IMG/VR virus record: IMGVR_UViG_3300045051_000720
Span: 62,001 to 126,000 of that record
DNA: 64,000 nt
Strand: one strand, 5' to 3'
Every line of letters starts with the position of its first letter. Within the stretch, counting starts at the first letter, position 1. Shown here one piece after another: positions 1-9,572 of the stretch. A model generated the notes under the pieces. That model ran no database searches, was not told where the DNA came from, and saw only the letters and a list, made by a program, of their open reading frames with translations. A program made the translations under genes and the position numbers.

Positions 1-1
1 T

Positions 2-36
2 AAAAAGCCCCCGCTCGGCGCGGGCCAAGAGGGGGC
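2..36 (-). terminator. Intrinsic terminator after the 60..626 gene
   Basis: On - strand GCCCCC...GGGGGC hairpin followed by TTTTTA. Confidence 0.7.
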
Positions 37-59
37 GAAGGAGTTAGGTTGGGTCAACC

Positions 60-626
60 TTAGATCGCACCAAACGCATGGTCGGTCGAGTACCAACGCG
101 CGCCATAGGCGAGGAAGTTGAATGTCATGCCGCCCGTGAGGGTCGACGCGACAGACACACCTACCGAAGACGCCGCCGTCGCGCCTGCGTTAACAATCAG
201 GTCAGCCGCGTTGGCACAGCGGATGGTCGCCGTACCAGTCGTGGCCGTCTTGATCGTAACCGTCTTGCCCTGCATGTTGGCGGTCGGAGGAAGCGTGTAG
301 ATGACCGGCGCGAACCCGGACAGCAGCACGAAGTTTTCCGCGATGCCAGTGAAGTTGCTCGTCAGCGGGCCGACGCCGCTGAAGGAGGGCAGCGCGGCAA
401 TCCAGCGGCCCGTTGTGGGCGTAGAGAGGACGTTGATGTTATCTACCGTCGCAGTCGACGATGCCGAGAAGTAGTAAAGGTTGGCGCCACCGTCGTTGGG
501 GGTGTTCGTTCCAAGGGTGCGAACCACAGCGTTCTCACCAAGGGTTGCAACACTGATGGCGGCTAGGGCGGCATTGGTGGCAACCGCGCCATTGGGGAGA
601 GCAGAGATGGGGACGATAGTAGCCAT
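60..626 (-). CDS. Putative virion structural / tail-fibre-like protein
   Basis: Ala/Thr/Gly-rich beta-type sequence with GGxxxYxF...GRW and YTLP...GKTVTIK motifs typical of fibre or baseplate modules; GGTGTATA motif upstream. Confidence 0.5.
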   Translation of the reverse strand: MATIVPISALPNGAVATNAALAAISVATLGENAVVRTLGTNTPNDGGANLYYFSASSTATVDNINVLSTPTTGRWIAALPSFSGVGPLTSNFTGIAENFVLLSGFAPVIYTLPPTANMQGKTVTIKTATTGTATIRCANAADLIVNAGATAASSVGVSVASTLTGGMTFNFLAYGARWYSTDHAFGAI

Positions 627-681
627 GGAAGTAAGAGGGGTTGTCCATCGCTATACACCCGCGCTCGCGCGGTTTATGCCG

Positions 682-987
682 CTAGGGATAGAGTTCTATC
701 CCGTAGGGTAGCTCGACTACGTAGGATGCATGGAACCGCTCCTTGCCATCCGCCGCGAAATAGATGCACTCCTGATTGTTGTGGAAGGTCTCAAACCCCT
801 TCTGGCTACCCCGACTCCACCACGTGTTGCTATTAGCCTTTAGCCACGCCTCGAAGGCGTTTGCTGCCGCCTTGTAGTCGGGAGTTAAAAGCAAGGTATC
901 GCCGTCCCCACCCTCGGCTAGGCAGGCCTGTTCGAGGGCGAGGAAGATGGTGGGGAGGGTGGTTGACATGGGGTTGAATTGAGCCAT
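682..987 (-). CDS. Hypothetical protein
   Basis: 101-aa ORF co-oriented with neighbours. Confidence 0.55.
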   Translation of the reverse strand: MAQFNPMSTTLPTIFLALEQACLAEGGDGDTLLLTPDYKAAANAFEAWLKANSNTWWSRGSQKGFETFHNNQECIYFAADGKERFHASYVVELPYGIELYP

Positions 988-1847
988 TTGTCTCTGATGG
1001 CGAGAACGGTTTCTGTTGTAAAAGCCACCCCACCTACATTGGTTGGGTTGTATTGCCTAAGATAGGCTATAAATTTATCGTATTTCCTTGACATTCTGAT
1101 AGTTGCATCAGAGTAAAGATAGTCTAAAAACACTATGGACCCTCGGGTTGACAGTTTTATATCTTTAGCTCGGCTATGGGAGTAACCATGCAAACGGGGT
1201 TTGACCCCTAATCGTTGTTCAATAAATGTTTGAACTCCTTCACAAAAATATGGAGAACCCGTAATTGAAACCCCTATTTTTCTATCTTTGGTATTAAAAT
1301 ATACGCTTCCATCTCCGTCGAATACTCCTCTTAAAAAATGAGACATCAAATCTCTAGGTACCTGCTGTTCGCTTGGAAACTGGAGAATGAGTGACTTGGC
1401 CGGTACGCATCCTAATTTACTAAGAGCATCGCTAATTTTTCGGCTGTAAATAGCCAGTACATACTTTTGCTTATGGAAAGGTTTACGTTTTGCCGGTTGA
1501 TGTAAATTTTGTGGAGAACCCATGGCACGCGCCATTTCAATAAGTAGGTATTGGTCGGGTTCGCACAACTGAAGTGTCAATCCCTCACGATTATTACATC
1601 CGTCCGAATACATCAGCCCTAAAAAATAAGCCTTTTCCGGATCGTCAATACGATCAAAATACGTTTCATTACACGATCTAAACCTAGAAGTGCGACTAAC
1701 ATATGAATCATATTTCTTGAGGATATTTCTTATCTGATCTTCGGTCACGCCATAGTCTTTCGCTATGTCAGACGGCTTCCTATGTCCGTTGACATGAGCA
1801 TCTATGATTCTTGGATGCTGCGATGGAAGTATTTTGACGTTTGGCAA
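918..1847 (-). CDS. LAGLIDADG homing endonuclease with N-terminal HTH
   Basis: YFLGLMYSDGC and FLRGVFDGDGS motifs; AT-rich. Confidence 0.9.
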   Translation of the reverse strand: MPNVKILPSQHPRIIDAHVNGHRKPSDIAKDYGVTEDQIRNILKKYDSYVSRTSRFRSCNETYFDRIDDPEKAYFLGLMYSDGCNNREGLTLQLCEPDQYLLIEMARAMGSPQNLHQPAKRKPFHKQKYVLAIYSRKISDALSKLGCVPAKSLILQFPSEQQVPRDLMSHFLRGVFDGDGSVYFNTKDRKIGVSITGSPYFCEGVQTFIEQRLGVKPRLHGYSHSRAKDIKLSTRGSIVFLDYLYSDATIRMSRKYDKFIAYLRQYNPTNVGGVAFTTETVLAIRDKWLNSTPCQPPSPPSSSPSNRPA

Positions 1848-1848
1848 G

Positions 1849-2946
1849 TTACAAATCTTTTAGCAAAATGTCTACGGCTTGTGCATAGGTGTGGTTTTGC
1901 AGTTCCAAACCTGCCTTGTTTAATCCCGTTTTCGCCCGTCGTTCAGCCTCCTCAAAACCCGCTATGATGTCGTCATCACCCGCTACGAATAAGTTGCCTA
2001 CGTTAAATTGGCCCTGCGCGGCAAAATGTACCCCATCAGCAGCGGGTCGCTTCCCATTAGGATTGACTAACACGGCAGTGTCGTCCGCCAGATAGTCCAA
2101 ATAGGCATGGGCACGCATAGCCACAGGCCATGCCCCCATGGCAGTAGCGTGGTAGCACGGAAGGTCCCGGCCTTCGCCTCCCGACATTGCAATCACAATC
2201 TCGCTAGACTGAAGAGTCTGATTGTAGATGGCATTCGTGGAAGCCCACGGAAGGAAGTTGATATTGTTGTACCGCTTTCCTTCAAGAGCCTGCCCTATAA
2301 ACTGCTCTAACGCGCCGGGCGGAAGAAACCCATTATGTACCGCACAGTTGAGACGATAGTCCTTGTTATTACCATACCGCTTAGCCCAAAGACGCAGAAC
2401 CTGAGGATGACCTTTACGAGCCTCCCACTTTCCGGCCATCAAGAACGAAATCGCGCCTTCTATCGCAGGTCGCTTAGGTAATAGACTAAAATTGTGAGCA
2501 TCAAATCCCAGCGGCAGGTATTCACTTTGGACCCCAAACATACCAAACACGGTTTGGGTATACCGACTCGTCACATAGACCCTGTTCTGCTGACGGAGCA
2601 CATTGATTTCGCAAGGCGTTAGACTGTCCAGCTCGAAGAACGTCAGGAGATTGTTGCCTCGCTCAGAGTAGGAATGGATGCTATCATTGATGTGCCACAA
2701 TCGGATTGTGGCATGTTTGCGCGAATGGCGTTGCTGCGCGCTGTTGTGACAAGCACAAAGCCACTGCGTAAATCCCGGGTCATCTTTCTGAGTAGATAGA
2801 TCAAACGGATTGCGTGGGTCTGGAGTGATAGGAAACAGAGCGGGATTTAACCCACGCTTGTACATTTCACGCAGCAGGGCAATAGAGACATTGCCAAAAC
2901 TCAGGGCGTTGATAGCAAACGAGGTTGCGAAGGGGGGAGTAGACAT
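1849..2946 (-). CDS. Glycosyltransferase (GT-B / GT4-like)
   Basis: GKWEARKG and SGGEGRDLP...AMG motifs. Confidence 0.75.
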   Translation of the reverse strand: MSTPPFATSFAINALSFGNVSIALLREMYKRGLNPALFPITPDPRNPFDLSTQKDDPGFTQWLCACHNSAQQRHSRKHATIRLWHINDSIHSYSERGNNLLTFFELDSLTPCEINVLRQQNRVYVTSRYTQTVFGMFGVQSEYLPLGFDAHNFSLLPKRPAIEGAISFLMAGKWEARKGHPQVLRLWAKRYGNNKDYRLNCAVHNGFLPPGALEQFIGQALEGKRYNNINFLPWASTNAIYNQTLQSSEIVIAMSGGEGRDLPCYHATAMGAWPVAMRAHAYLDYLADDTAVLVNPNGKRPAADGVHFAAQGQFNVGNLFVAGDDDIIAGFEEAERRAKTGLNKAGLELQNHTYAQAVDILLKDL

Positions 2947-2950
2947 AGGA

Positions 2951-3622
2951 TTACGTGATACCAAGGTGCGCCTTCACCAGCGCGAGGTTGTCGAAATAGA
3001 TCTGACGCGCGTGCTCGTGACTCACGTGCAACCGCTTTCCCACCTCACGCCAGCTCATGGTCTCATGGTCGGGTGAGAAATGCCTCCACTTGAGGATCAG
3101 ATCAAACCGCTTGTCCGTGCACACCTCGGCCGCGGCGCGGCGCACCTCATCGATCCCAATGTCGCGGTTGGTGGTTTGCACCACGTCGGTCTGCTCATCC
3201 TCAAGGGTGACAAACCCCCCGTTGGTGACCTGATAGGTATCGTCATCCACATCCAGCGGCGCCATGCCGGTGCCCGCATAAGGCCCAGCCGAGATCGGGT
3301 CGCGCGCGCCCTTCTTGAGCAGTCCACGACACATGTAGTCGGTGCGGTCGCCAATGTAGGTCGAGAGTTTGGTCCCGCGGCCCGGCTCGTACGCACAGAT
3401 GAACCGGTACAGATTGAACAGCTTCTCGTCATCCAGATCGCGCGCGTGGATGGTGTTGGGGTACGCGCTGGCATAGCGATTGACGACGGTGAAATAGATG
3501 CCCGAGTGCCGCTGGACCAGCTCAACCAAGGCCGTGCTGTCCTGCTCGGTTTTGACACGCGTGATGAGGTCGGATTCGGAGAGGCCGGTGTCGAGAGGTA
3601 AGGTGGGGTCGCGGCGACTCAT
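2951..3622 (-). CDS. Phage-encoded sigma-70-family factor
   Basis: Region 2-like ALVELVQRH...YEPGRGTKLSTY and region 4 HTH MSWREVGKRLHVSHEHARQI. Confidence 0.8.
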   Translation of the reverse strand: MSRRDPTLPLDTGLSESDLITRVKTEQDSTALVELVQRHSGIYFTVVNRYASAYPNTIHARDLDDEKLFNLYRFICAYEPGRGTKLSTYIGDRTDYMCRGLLKKGARDPISAGPYAGTGMAPLDVDDDTYQVTNGGFVTLEDEQTDVVQTTNRDIGIDEVRRAAAEVCTDKRFDLILKWRHFSPDHETMSWREVGKRLHVSHEHARQIYFDNLALVKAHLGIT

Positions 3623-4407
3623 CGGGTCTGTTCGTAGTCGAGAGGGTTGAAGGGGGTATCAGGACCGTCGATGAAGGTGCAGGTCTTGACGGGTACGTCA
3701 CCACATACATCGCGCGTCTGACCCGGGTCCCACCGGAGGCGATACATCAGTTCGCCCCACGTACTCGAACAGTCGTCACCGTTACGAAATCCATGTATGA
3801 TGGTACCAGTCTGTCCGTTGAAGTGCGTTGTGCGTACTCGGCGACCATACAGTGGGGCACAAGTGAATCCGCGCCCCCACTCACCCATACCGCTAGTGTA
3901 ATGCATCGTCCATCCATCTGGAATGGGACCTACCCATGGTGGGGGAGGTGGATTGAGACAGACTCTCATACTCTCGGGTATCTTGACCCCATCTCCTACC
4001 GCCACCTCCGCGCCTTTCAAGGGCACCAGCCCGCTTGCGCCTAGCGGCGCGCCAGATGTGGCTAGAACCGTCGATCCGCCGCCAGTTGAGGTCAGGGTAC
4101 CCCCCATGACGATCGGGGGCGTATTGGCCCGTTCTAGGGCCTTTAACGCCTCATCCAGCACCAGCATCAAGATCGGTGCGGCACACAGTGCTTCTAGGTC
4201 TATCAACACCCAGCCCGTTACCAACCATTTGAGGAGGGTGAGTCCCACTCCCACCCACCAGCCAAAGCAGACCGGACACCCCAATGGGTACACGATCCAC
4301 TCGGGGGACACCTTCCGTAGCCACGCCCGAGGCCGCGCGCAGATGCGTGATTGCCCAAGTACCCAGAAGGCGAAATATACAACCAGCGCATAGACAACGA
4401 GTTCCAT
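3619..4407 (-). CDS. Membrane protein (CPVCFGWW motif)
   Basis: N-terminal hydrophobic segments with CxxC; overlaps neighbouring stop/start. Confidence 0.6.
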   Translation of the reverse strand: MELVVYALVVYFAFWVLGQSRICARPRAWLRKVSPEWIVYPLGCPVCFGWWVGVGLTLLKWLVTGWVLIDLEALCAAPILMLVLDEALKALERANTPPIVMGGTLTSTGGGSTVLATSGAPLGASGLVPLKGAEVAVGDGVKIPESMRVCLNPPPPPWVGPIPDGWTMHYTSGMGEWGRGFTCAPLYGRRVRTTHFNGQTGTIIHGFRNGDDCSSTWGELMYRLRWDPGQTRDVCGDVPVKTCTFIDGPDTPFNPLDYEQTR

Positions 4408-4883
4408 CAGTTCGCGGAGGGGTCAGGCGGCCCCGAATCAGGCGCATGTTCCCCGTTCAGCTCATCCATCAAGGCGAAGCAGATCTGCCCCACCGCCGAG
4501 ATATCGGCATCGGTGATGGCCAACTTGTTGGGCGTGTAGTCATCATACCCCACCATGTCGCCGCACATATCGATCAGGTCCGCTATCAGCTCCGCTGTGC
4601 CGGGGCTAACCACCACCTGCTGCGCGAAGGTGTTGATCGGCTGAGTGAGGATATAGTACCCGTTCACCTTGTCGAGGGGTAACACCAACCCGGCCTTCTC
4701 CATATCATCCAGCGCGGCACGATATAAGGCCTCTTTATAGGGTTCCAGAGGGCTATCCTCGCCTATTCTCACGTTGACCAAATCGTGTTTGAGACTGAAG
4801 GTCGTCTGCCGCAGGAAGTGGCTGAACAAGTGGTTCTTGATGTCGAGGAGGGTCACAATGGCGGGCTGAGAGTGGGCTACCAC
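4407..4883 (-). CDS. Hypothetical protein
   Basis: 158-aa ORF directly downstream of a sigma70-type promoter. Confidence 0.7.
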   Translation of the reverse strand: MVAHSQPAIVTLLDIKNHLFSHFLRQTTFSLKHDLVNVRIGEDSPLEPYKEALYRAALDDMEKAGLVLPLDKVNGYYILTQPINTFAQQVVVSPGTAELIADLIDMCGDMVGYDDYTPNKLAITDADISAVGQICFALMDELNGEHAPDSGPPDPSAN

Positions 4884-4891
4884 TAGGTACC

Positions 4892-4920
4892 ATGATAGGG
4901 GGGTTGGGTGGTGGTGTCAA
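4892..4920 (-). promoter_or_regulatory. sigma70-type promoter
   Basis: TTGACA-N17-TATCAT. Confidence 0.75.
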
Positions 4921-5614
4921 CAGGTTGTTGAGTTGGGAGGCTGGAAACCATAGTATATTACACTGTAGTATATTAAGACTGATCTATTACGTCGCCAGCA
5001 TGGCGTGTTTCAGCCTTTGGCGGTCAGGCTTGCCCTGACCCTGCATCAATCGGGCGGAGCGTAGCGACGCTCGCGCGGGGTTGAGGGGCGCGTAAGCCCC
5101 TCTCCTTATTTGTCCACGGTGTCACTTTCCCTGTCCCCAGATGGGGTAAAACCAGAGAAGCGACAAGCCAATGGAAGTCGGGCGTTTACGAGCGCCGGGC
5201 GTTACTCAACTGGTTATTTTTATCGGTCCCCATTCGTCGTGTGACTCGGTGAGCCGGGATCTCGCGTATAGCTCGACACCGTTGTTGCCAACACTCACCG
5301 TTACCATCCCAATGAACACTCCTCCAGCATCGCAGGTTTGCCTACGACACGCCGCGCCGAAGGCTGGCCGGGAAAGGCACTGGGCGCGCGGCATGGGTAG
5401 AGTGACTATAAAGCCCAATCAGGTCGGCATTCCAGCCAACCATCCCGCCTGAGAAGTGACTACTCGGCGGCAGTAACGGGGACCTATCCATGTGACTAGG
5501 GCGGATGTGGTGACGACCGTCCCAAGCGTCGCCCATTATCCCGGGCCAGTGACTGTGTGCGGGTGTACCGCGAAAGAACAGGCGTTCCGTGTGAGGGATT
5601 GATGCCTACATCCC

Positions 5615-5687
5615 ATCATAGGCCCGTTGGACAGCCTTGTCAACCACGATTTTGGTGTTTGACATCACCACCCAACATGGCTACTAT
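5615..5687. promoter_or_regulatory. Divergent sigma70-type promoter pair
   Basis: - strand TTGACA-N17-TATGAT (5643-5615); + strand TTGACA-N17-TACTAT (5659-5687). Confidence 0.75.
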
Positions 5688-5708
5688 ACATTCTTAGCGA
5701 CCTTCACT

Positions 5709-7100
5709 ATGGCCTTCGGCAATCACTCTCGCCCGCGCGGCACCCGTGTCAACGGGGCTTATGTTCCCAACCCCGGTATCGCGCGGTTGTGGGAGGATTT
5801 CAAGGCATATGCCTCACCCCTCGGGTTTACACCCGATCAATGGCGATTCACCGAGGCGTTCTTCACCGGTCGCAACGTGTGTTTGTTGGGTCGAGCGGGT
5901 ACAGGCAAATCGTATGTGCTCAAGGCGCTGTTCGAGTACCTGACCAAACAGAAAGTGTCGGTGGGACGCACGGCCACGACTGGCGTTTCGGCGTTTGGGA
6001 TAGGTGGTCAAACGATCCATTCGTGGGCGGGGTTGGGTCTTGCGGACGAACATTCCGAGGCTATCATCGCGTCCATCCAGAAGAAGGGCAAGGTCAAGGC
6101 GCGGATTCGCGCGGCGCAGGTGTTGTTCATTGACGAGGTCTCGATGGCCAAGGCCGATCTGATGGACAAGCTGGATGCGGTGTTGCGCTATTACCGTGAC
6201 TCGGGCGATCCTTGGGGCGGCGTGCAAGTCGTTCTCTGCGGGGACTTTTTGCAACTTGCACCAGTCTTCAAGGGTGACGAGACCCAAGCCTTCGCTTTCC
6301 ACTCGGCGGTCTGGGATGAGGGTAACGTGCGTACCATCGTGCTCCAAAAGGTCGTTCGCCAGCAGGGCGATAATACGCTTTTGTCCATTCTCAACGACGT
6401 GCGCGTTGGCAATACCGATTCGCTCCATCTGCTGGACAGCCGGGTGGGCGCGACATGGCCCGACAACGAAATCGAGGCGGTGAGAATCTTCTGCAAGAAC
6501 ATTGATGTCGACGGGTACAACCGCGAACGCATGGCACAGCTCACCAGCGCCGCGAAGACCTACACTGCGCGCGATTCGGGCGAGTCTTTTCACACGGACA
6601 CGTTCAACAAGAACTGCCCCGCGCCGCAGGTGTTGGAGCTGAAGGTGGGGGCGCAGGTGCTCCTTGTTGCCAATCTGGATGTCCAGAGCGGCTTTGTGAA
6701 CGGTAGCGTAGGCATCGTCAAGGCTTTTGGTCCGAACGGGGTGACGGTCAAGTTCACCCAAGGTACGACCGTCGTCGAGCATAACGAGTGGACCATCAAG
6801 GAGCAGGCGGTCGGGATGGATGGCAAGATCATCTATCGCACGGTCGCCACGCGCCGACAGATCCCGCTCAAGGTGTGCTATGCGGTGACTACTCACCGGG
6901 TCCAAGGCATGACGCTGGACCGTGCGATTATTGACATGACGGAGGCCTTCACGACCGGGCAGGTGTACACCAGCCTGAGCCGTGTGCGTGATTTGGAATC
7001 ACTCTCGCTTGCCAGCGCCATTCCCCACTCGGCGATTCGAGTCAATCCCGAGTGCGTGGCGTTCTACGAGGAAGCGGAGCGGGCGGAGAACCCGTTTTAA
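5709..7100 (+). CDS. PIF1-family SF1B DNA helicase
   Basis: GRAGTGKS, IDEVSM, GDFLQLAPV, LKVGAQV, QGMTLD and GQVYTSLSR motifs; start moved to the ATG downstream of the promoter. Confidence 0.93.
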   Translation: MAFGNHSRPRGTRVNGAYVPNPGIARLWEDFKAYASPLGFTPDQWRFTEAFFTGRNVCLLGRAGTGKSYVLKALFEYLTKQKVSVGRTATTGVSAFGIGGQTIHSWAGLGLADEHSEAIIASIQKKGKVKARIRAAQVLFIDEVSMAKADLMDKLDAVLRYYRDSGDPWGGVQVVLCGDFLQLAPVFKGDETQAFAFHSAVWDEGNVRTIVLQKVVRQQGDNTLLSILNDVRVGNTDSLHLLDSRVGATWPDNEIEAVRIFCKNIDVDGYNRERMAQLTSAAKTYTARDSGESFHTDTFNKNCPAPQVLELKVGAQVLLVANLDVQSGFVNGSVGIVKAFGPNGVTVKFTQGTTVVEHNEWTIKEQAVGMDGKIIYRTVATRRQIPLKVCYAVTTHRVQGMTLDRAIIDMTEAFTTGQVYTSLSRVRDLESLSLASAIPHSAIRVNPECVAFYEEAERAENPF

Positions 7101-7829
7101 CGCAGCAGCTCGAAACGCCCCTCCTCCAGCACTATCTCAGGCCGGTGACACTTGGCTCCAGTGCGATGGTCGGTGATGCGACGGTCGATCAGGTTGTAGG
7201 TTCTCACCTTCTCACCCCGCCCGGCTCCGCCGTAGGCCGCGCGGGTTTGCTGTCCCTTAACCCACTGCGCCAGTTTGCCTGCGAGACACTCGCGGGCGAC
7301 GCGGCGGTTTTGCCACTGGTCGCGCCCGTTGATGAAGACCTCAAGGCCGGTTGGGGTGTGGCGTAGACGGACGGCAGAGCAAACCTTGTTCGCGTTTTGC
7401 CCGCCTGCACCCTGTGAGCCGCGCTGGAAGGACTCCGCCAGATCACACTCGCGCATGGTGGTAGACCCTTGAGGCTTGAGCAAGGTCACGGTGACGGCCA
7501 CATAGCTAGTGTGACGCCTGCCACCGCGCTCAGTGTGAGGCACGCGTTGGACGCAGTGACCACCCGTCTCGGCGTCAAACAAATCGATGGCGCGCCGGTC
7601 ATGGATAGTAAAGGACCATTTGGATGGACCCTCCTCGCCCAGTTCGGGCGTTAGCCGATTGCGCGCGGCGTAGGCTAGGTAGGCCGACCAGAGCTGGCCA
7701 GCGAACGCTTTGCTGTCTTCCCCACCCTCGCCGGACTGAACCTCAACGAGAACCCCAACCGCGTCAAAGCGACTCCAGCCGTGCGACGTAGCCGTTAGAC
7801 TGCGGGACCGTGGTGCGGGTTGGGTTCAT
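7097..7829 (-). CDS. Class I peptide chain release factor lacking domain I, predicted +1 programmed frameshift (join 7829-7767, 7765-7097; ~243 aa)
   Basis: GAGGQNANK catalytic motif, QRVPHTE (RF1-type PxT), VEVQSGEGGEDS and RTYN; the 21-codon first ORF ends GGAG-TCG-CTT-TGA-C. Confidence 0.85.
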
Positions 7830-7836
7830 GAGGCGC

Positions 7837-7865
7837 ATCATATACACACGAGGCGAGAACGTCAA
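7837..7865 (-). promoter_or_regulatory. sigma70-type promoter, probably leaderless, for the release factor gene
   Basis: TTGACG-N17-TATGAT, 7 nt before ATG 7829. Confidence 0.65.
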
Positions 7866-7880
7866 GCACAAAAGCTGGCG

Positions 7881-8528
7881 TTATCCCAGAAACGGCTTCC
7901 ACACGGGGTGCTTTGGGTCCTCGCGTAGATGCACGATCGGCGGCACACTCGCCGGAGCCTTCGGGCGCGGGCGCGGTAGACCCGCTTCTTCGGGGGTCTT
8001 GTCGGCCTTCATGGTGTTGATCCGCTTGTCGCAGGTGACGGTATTCTCCCATGTATCGCGACCACCTCGCGAGCGCGGATCGATGTGGTCAACCGACAGT
8101 TCGGCGCGGGTCAGTTTGCGCTTGGTGTAGGCGCAGATGAAGTTGTCGCGGCGGTGCACGTTACCCGTGGACCAGCGCGTGGTGCGCATGGGGATCTTGT
8201 CGAAGTGAGCACAGATGACCACCAGTGGCGCGCGGATGCGGCCCTCGGGATTGTCCGCACTGCGTCCGACGCCAATCCACAGGTCGCCTTCACGCACGGG
8301 CAGCTTAACCCAGTTTTCCCATGCGGTCGGTTGGGCACTGACCAGTACGTGATCGCCATTCTCGTCAACGGCGGTCGTGATGTCGAGCGCGTAGCCCGGG
8401 TGGTCTCCGTCAGACTGGGAGTTGAGAAACACCACCGCGTCTCTCACACTCATCTGATCTACGGGGGACCACGAGCGGTTGAGCTTGAGGACGATGGTCT
8501 TGTCGAGGATGCTGAGGTGATCGGACAT
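7881..8528 (-). CDS. HNH endonuclease (McrA-like)
   Basis: RDNFICAY, SVDHIDPRSRGG..TWENTV.C...N..KADKTPEEAG. Confidence 0.88.
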   Translation of the reverse strand: MSDHLSILDKTIVLKLNRSWSPVDQMSVRDAVVFLNSQSDGDHPGYALDITTAVDENGDHVLVSAQPTAWENWVKLPVREGDLWIGVGRSADNPEGRIRAPLVVICAHFDKIPMRTTRWSTGNVHRRDNFICAYTKRKLTRAELSVDHIDPRSRGGRDTWENTVTCDKRINTMKADKTPEEAGLPRPRPKAPASVPPIVHLREDPKHPVWKPFLG

Positions 8529-8577
8529 GGTGAGTGAGGGGCTAGAGTTAGGGTCTTTGTGTGATCTGATGGGAAAA

Positions 8578-8665
8578 TGGCGGAAGCGAGAGGGCACGAT
8601 CCCCAACGCACGAGTCGTCCTGCGGTGTAGCACACCGTGGCAGTCGCCTGACTGCTTTCGCTTCC
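8578..8665 (-). tRNA. tRNA-Ser(GCT)
   Basis: Cloverleaf, long variable arm, G73-CCA. Confidence 0.8.
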
Positions 8666-8666
8666 G

Positions 8667-8755
8667 TGGCGGTAACAAGTGGGGTTCAACCACTGTGCAA
8701 TGAAGCACACTCTGGGTTTCGGGTCCAGTCGAGGAAAACGTCCTCAGTTGCTACC
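8667..8755 (-). tRNA. tRNA-Ser(CGA)
   Basis: Cloverleaf, long variable arm, GCCA end. Confidence 0.75.
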
Positions 8756-8842
8756 GGCGGAGTGGTGCCGTACTGCCCGGCTGCCGGTTGCCCGACACAA
8801 CGCTTTCCAAGCGCCGTCCACCTCTAGGTGGCCCAACCCTCC
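8756..8842 (-). tRNA. tRNA-Ser(GGA)
   Basis: GGCGC-TTGGAAA-GCGTT anticodon arm, long variable arm, bulged acceptor stem. Confidence 0.72.
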
Positions 8843-8875
8843 AAAAAGATACAGACCCGAGCGGGGTCTGTAAAG

Positions 8876-8969
8876 TGGCGGTGAGTTGAGATCTTGCGTC
8901 CCAAGGCGGGGTTGGCCCTCCTCCATTCGCTTTCAAGGCGGCGGCAGCGCCTCGGCTGCTTAACTCACC
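8876..8969 (-). tRNA. tRNA-Ser(TGA)
   Basis: CTTGAAA loop, long variable arm, GCCA end. Confidence 0.8.
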
Positions 8970-8973
8970 AAAG

Positions 8974-9049
8974 TGGTGCGGACACCCCGAGTTGCACGGG
9001 GACTATCCCTCGTTAGGACCGAGGTTGACTGTCTGTTGCCGATGTCCGC
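8974..9049 (-). tRNA. tRNA-Arg(CCT)
   Basis: CCTCG-GTCCTAA-CGAGG arm, ACCA end. Confidence 0.82.
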
Positions 9050-9537
9050 GAAAAATACTTGTCGCGCTCGACGGTGCGGCGACCCAGCTCTGCGCTGAGG
9101 AAGGCTGTCATCTTGCCGTTGTGACTCATGAGCTTGTCGGCCCACCCCACCATCAGCTGGTTGGGGCACACAAACGGTCCGCGCGCGTTGACGATCAGTT
9201 GGTAGGCATCAGAGTAAGGTATCCTGTGGTGGACCAGCCAGATGAAGGCTGCTGCGCTTGACCGCGATACGCCTGCGAAGCAGTGAAAGAGGATGGACTG
9301 GTCGGGGCTGGTTTGGGCGTAGACACCCAGTAGCCGCCGTATCATCGCCTCTGTGGGAGCGAGAGGGTTGGACGAGTTGCCCGTATCAGCGAACACAAAT
9401 GAGTGGAGAGTGAAGGGGTACTTGAACGCTCGGATGTCGGGGCCGGGTTGGTGGACCTCGTGGAAAGAGATGATGTGGTCCAGCAGAACCGTCGCGAAGG
9501 CAGGAACCTCGGAGACGCCACAAATAGCGAAGGGCAT
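9013..9537 (-). CDS. Cys-dependent (dual-specificity / tyrosine) phosphatase
   Basis: HCFAGVSRS P-loop, FAD acid loop and PN motif; own promoter at 9543-9571. Confidence 0.9.
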   Translation of the reverse strand: MPFAICGVSEVPAFATVLLDHIISFHEVHQPGPDIRAFKYPFTLHSFVFADTGNSSNPLAPTEAMIRRLLGVYAQTSPDQSILFHCFAGVSRSSAAAFIWLVHHRIPYSDAYQLIVNARGPFVCPNQLMVGWADKLMSHNGKMTAFLSAELGRRTVERDKYFSRTSATDSQPRS

Positions 9538-9572
9538 AGCCGATGCTAGTCCGTAATGAGGGCGCTGTCAAG

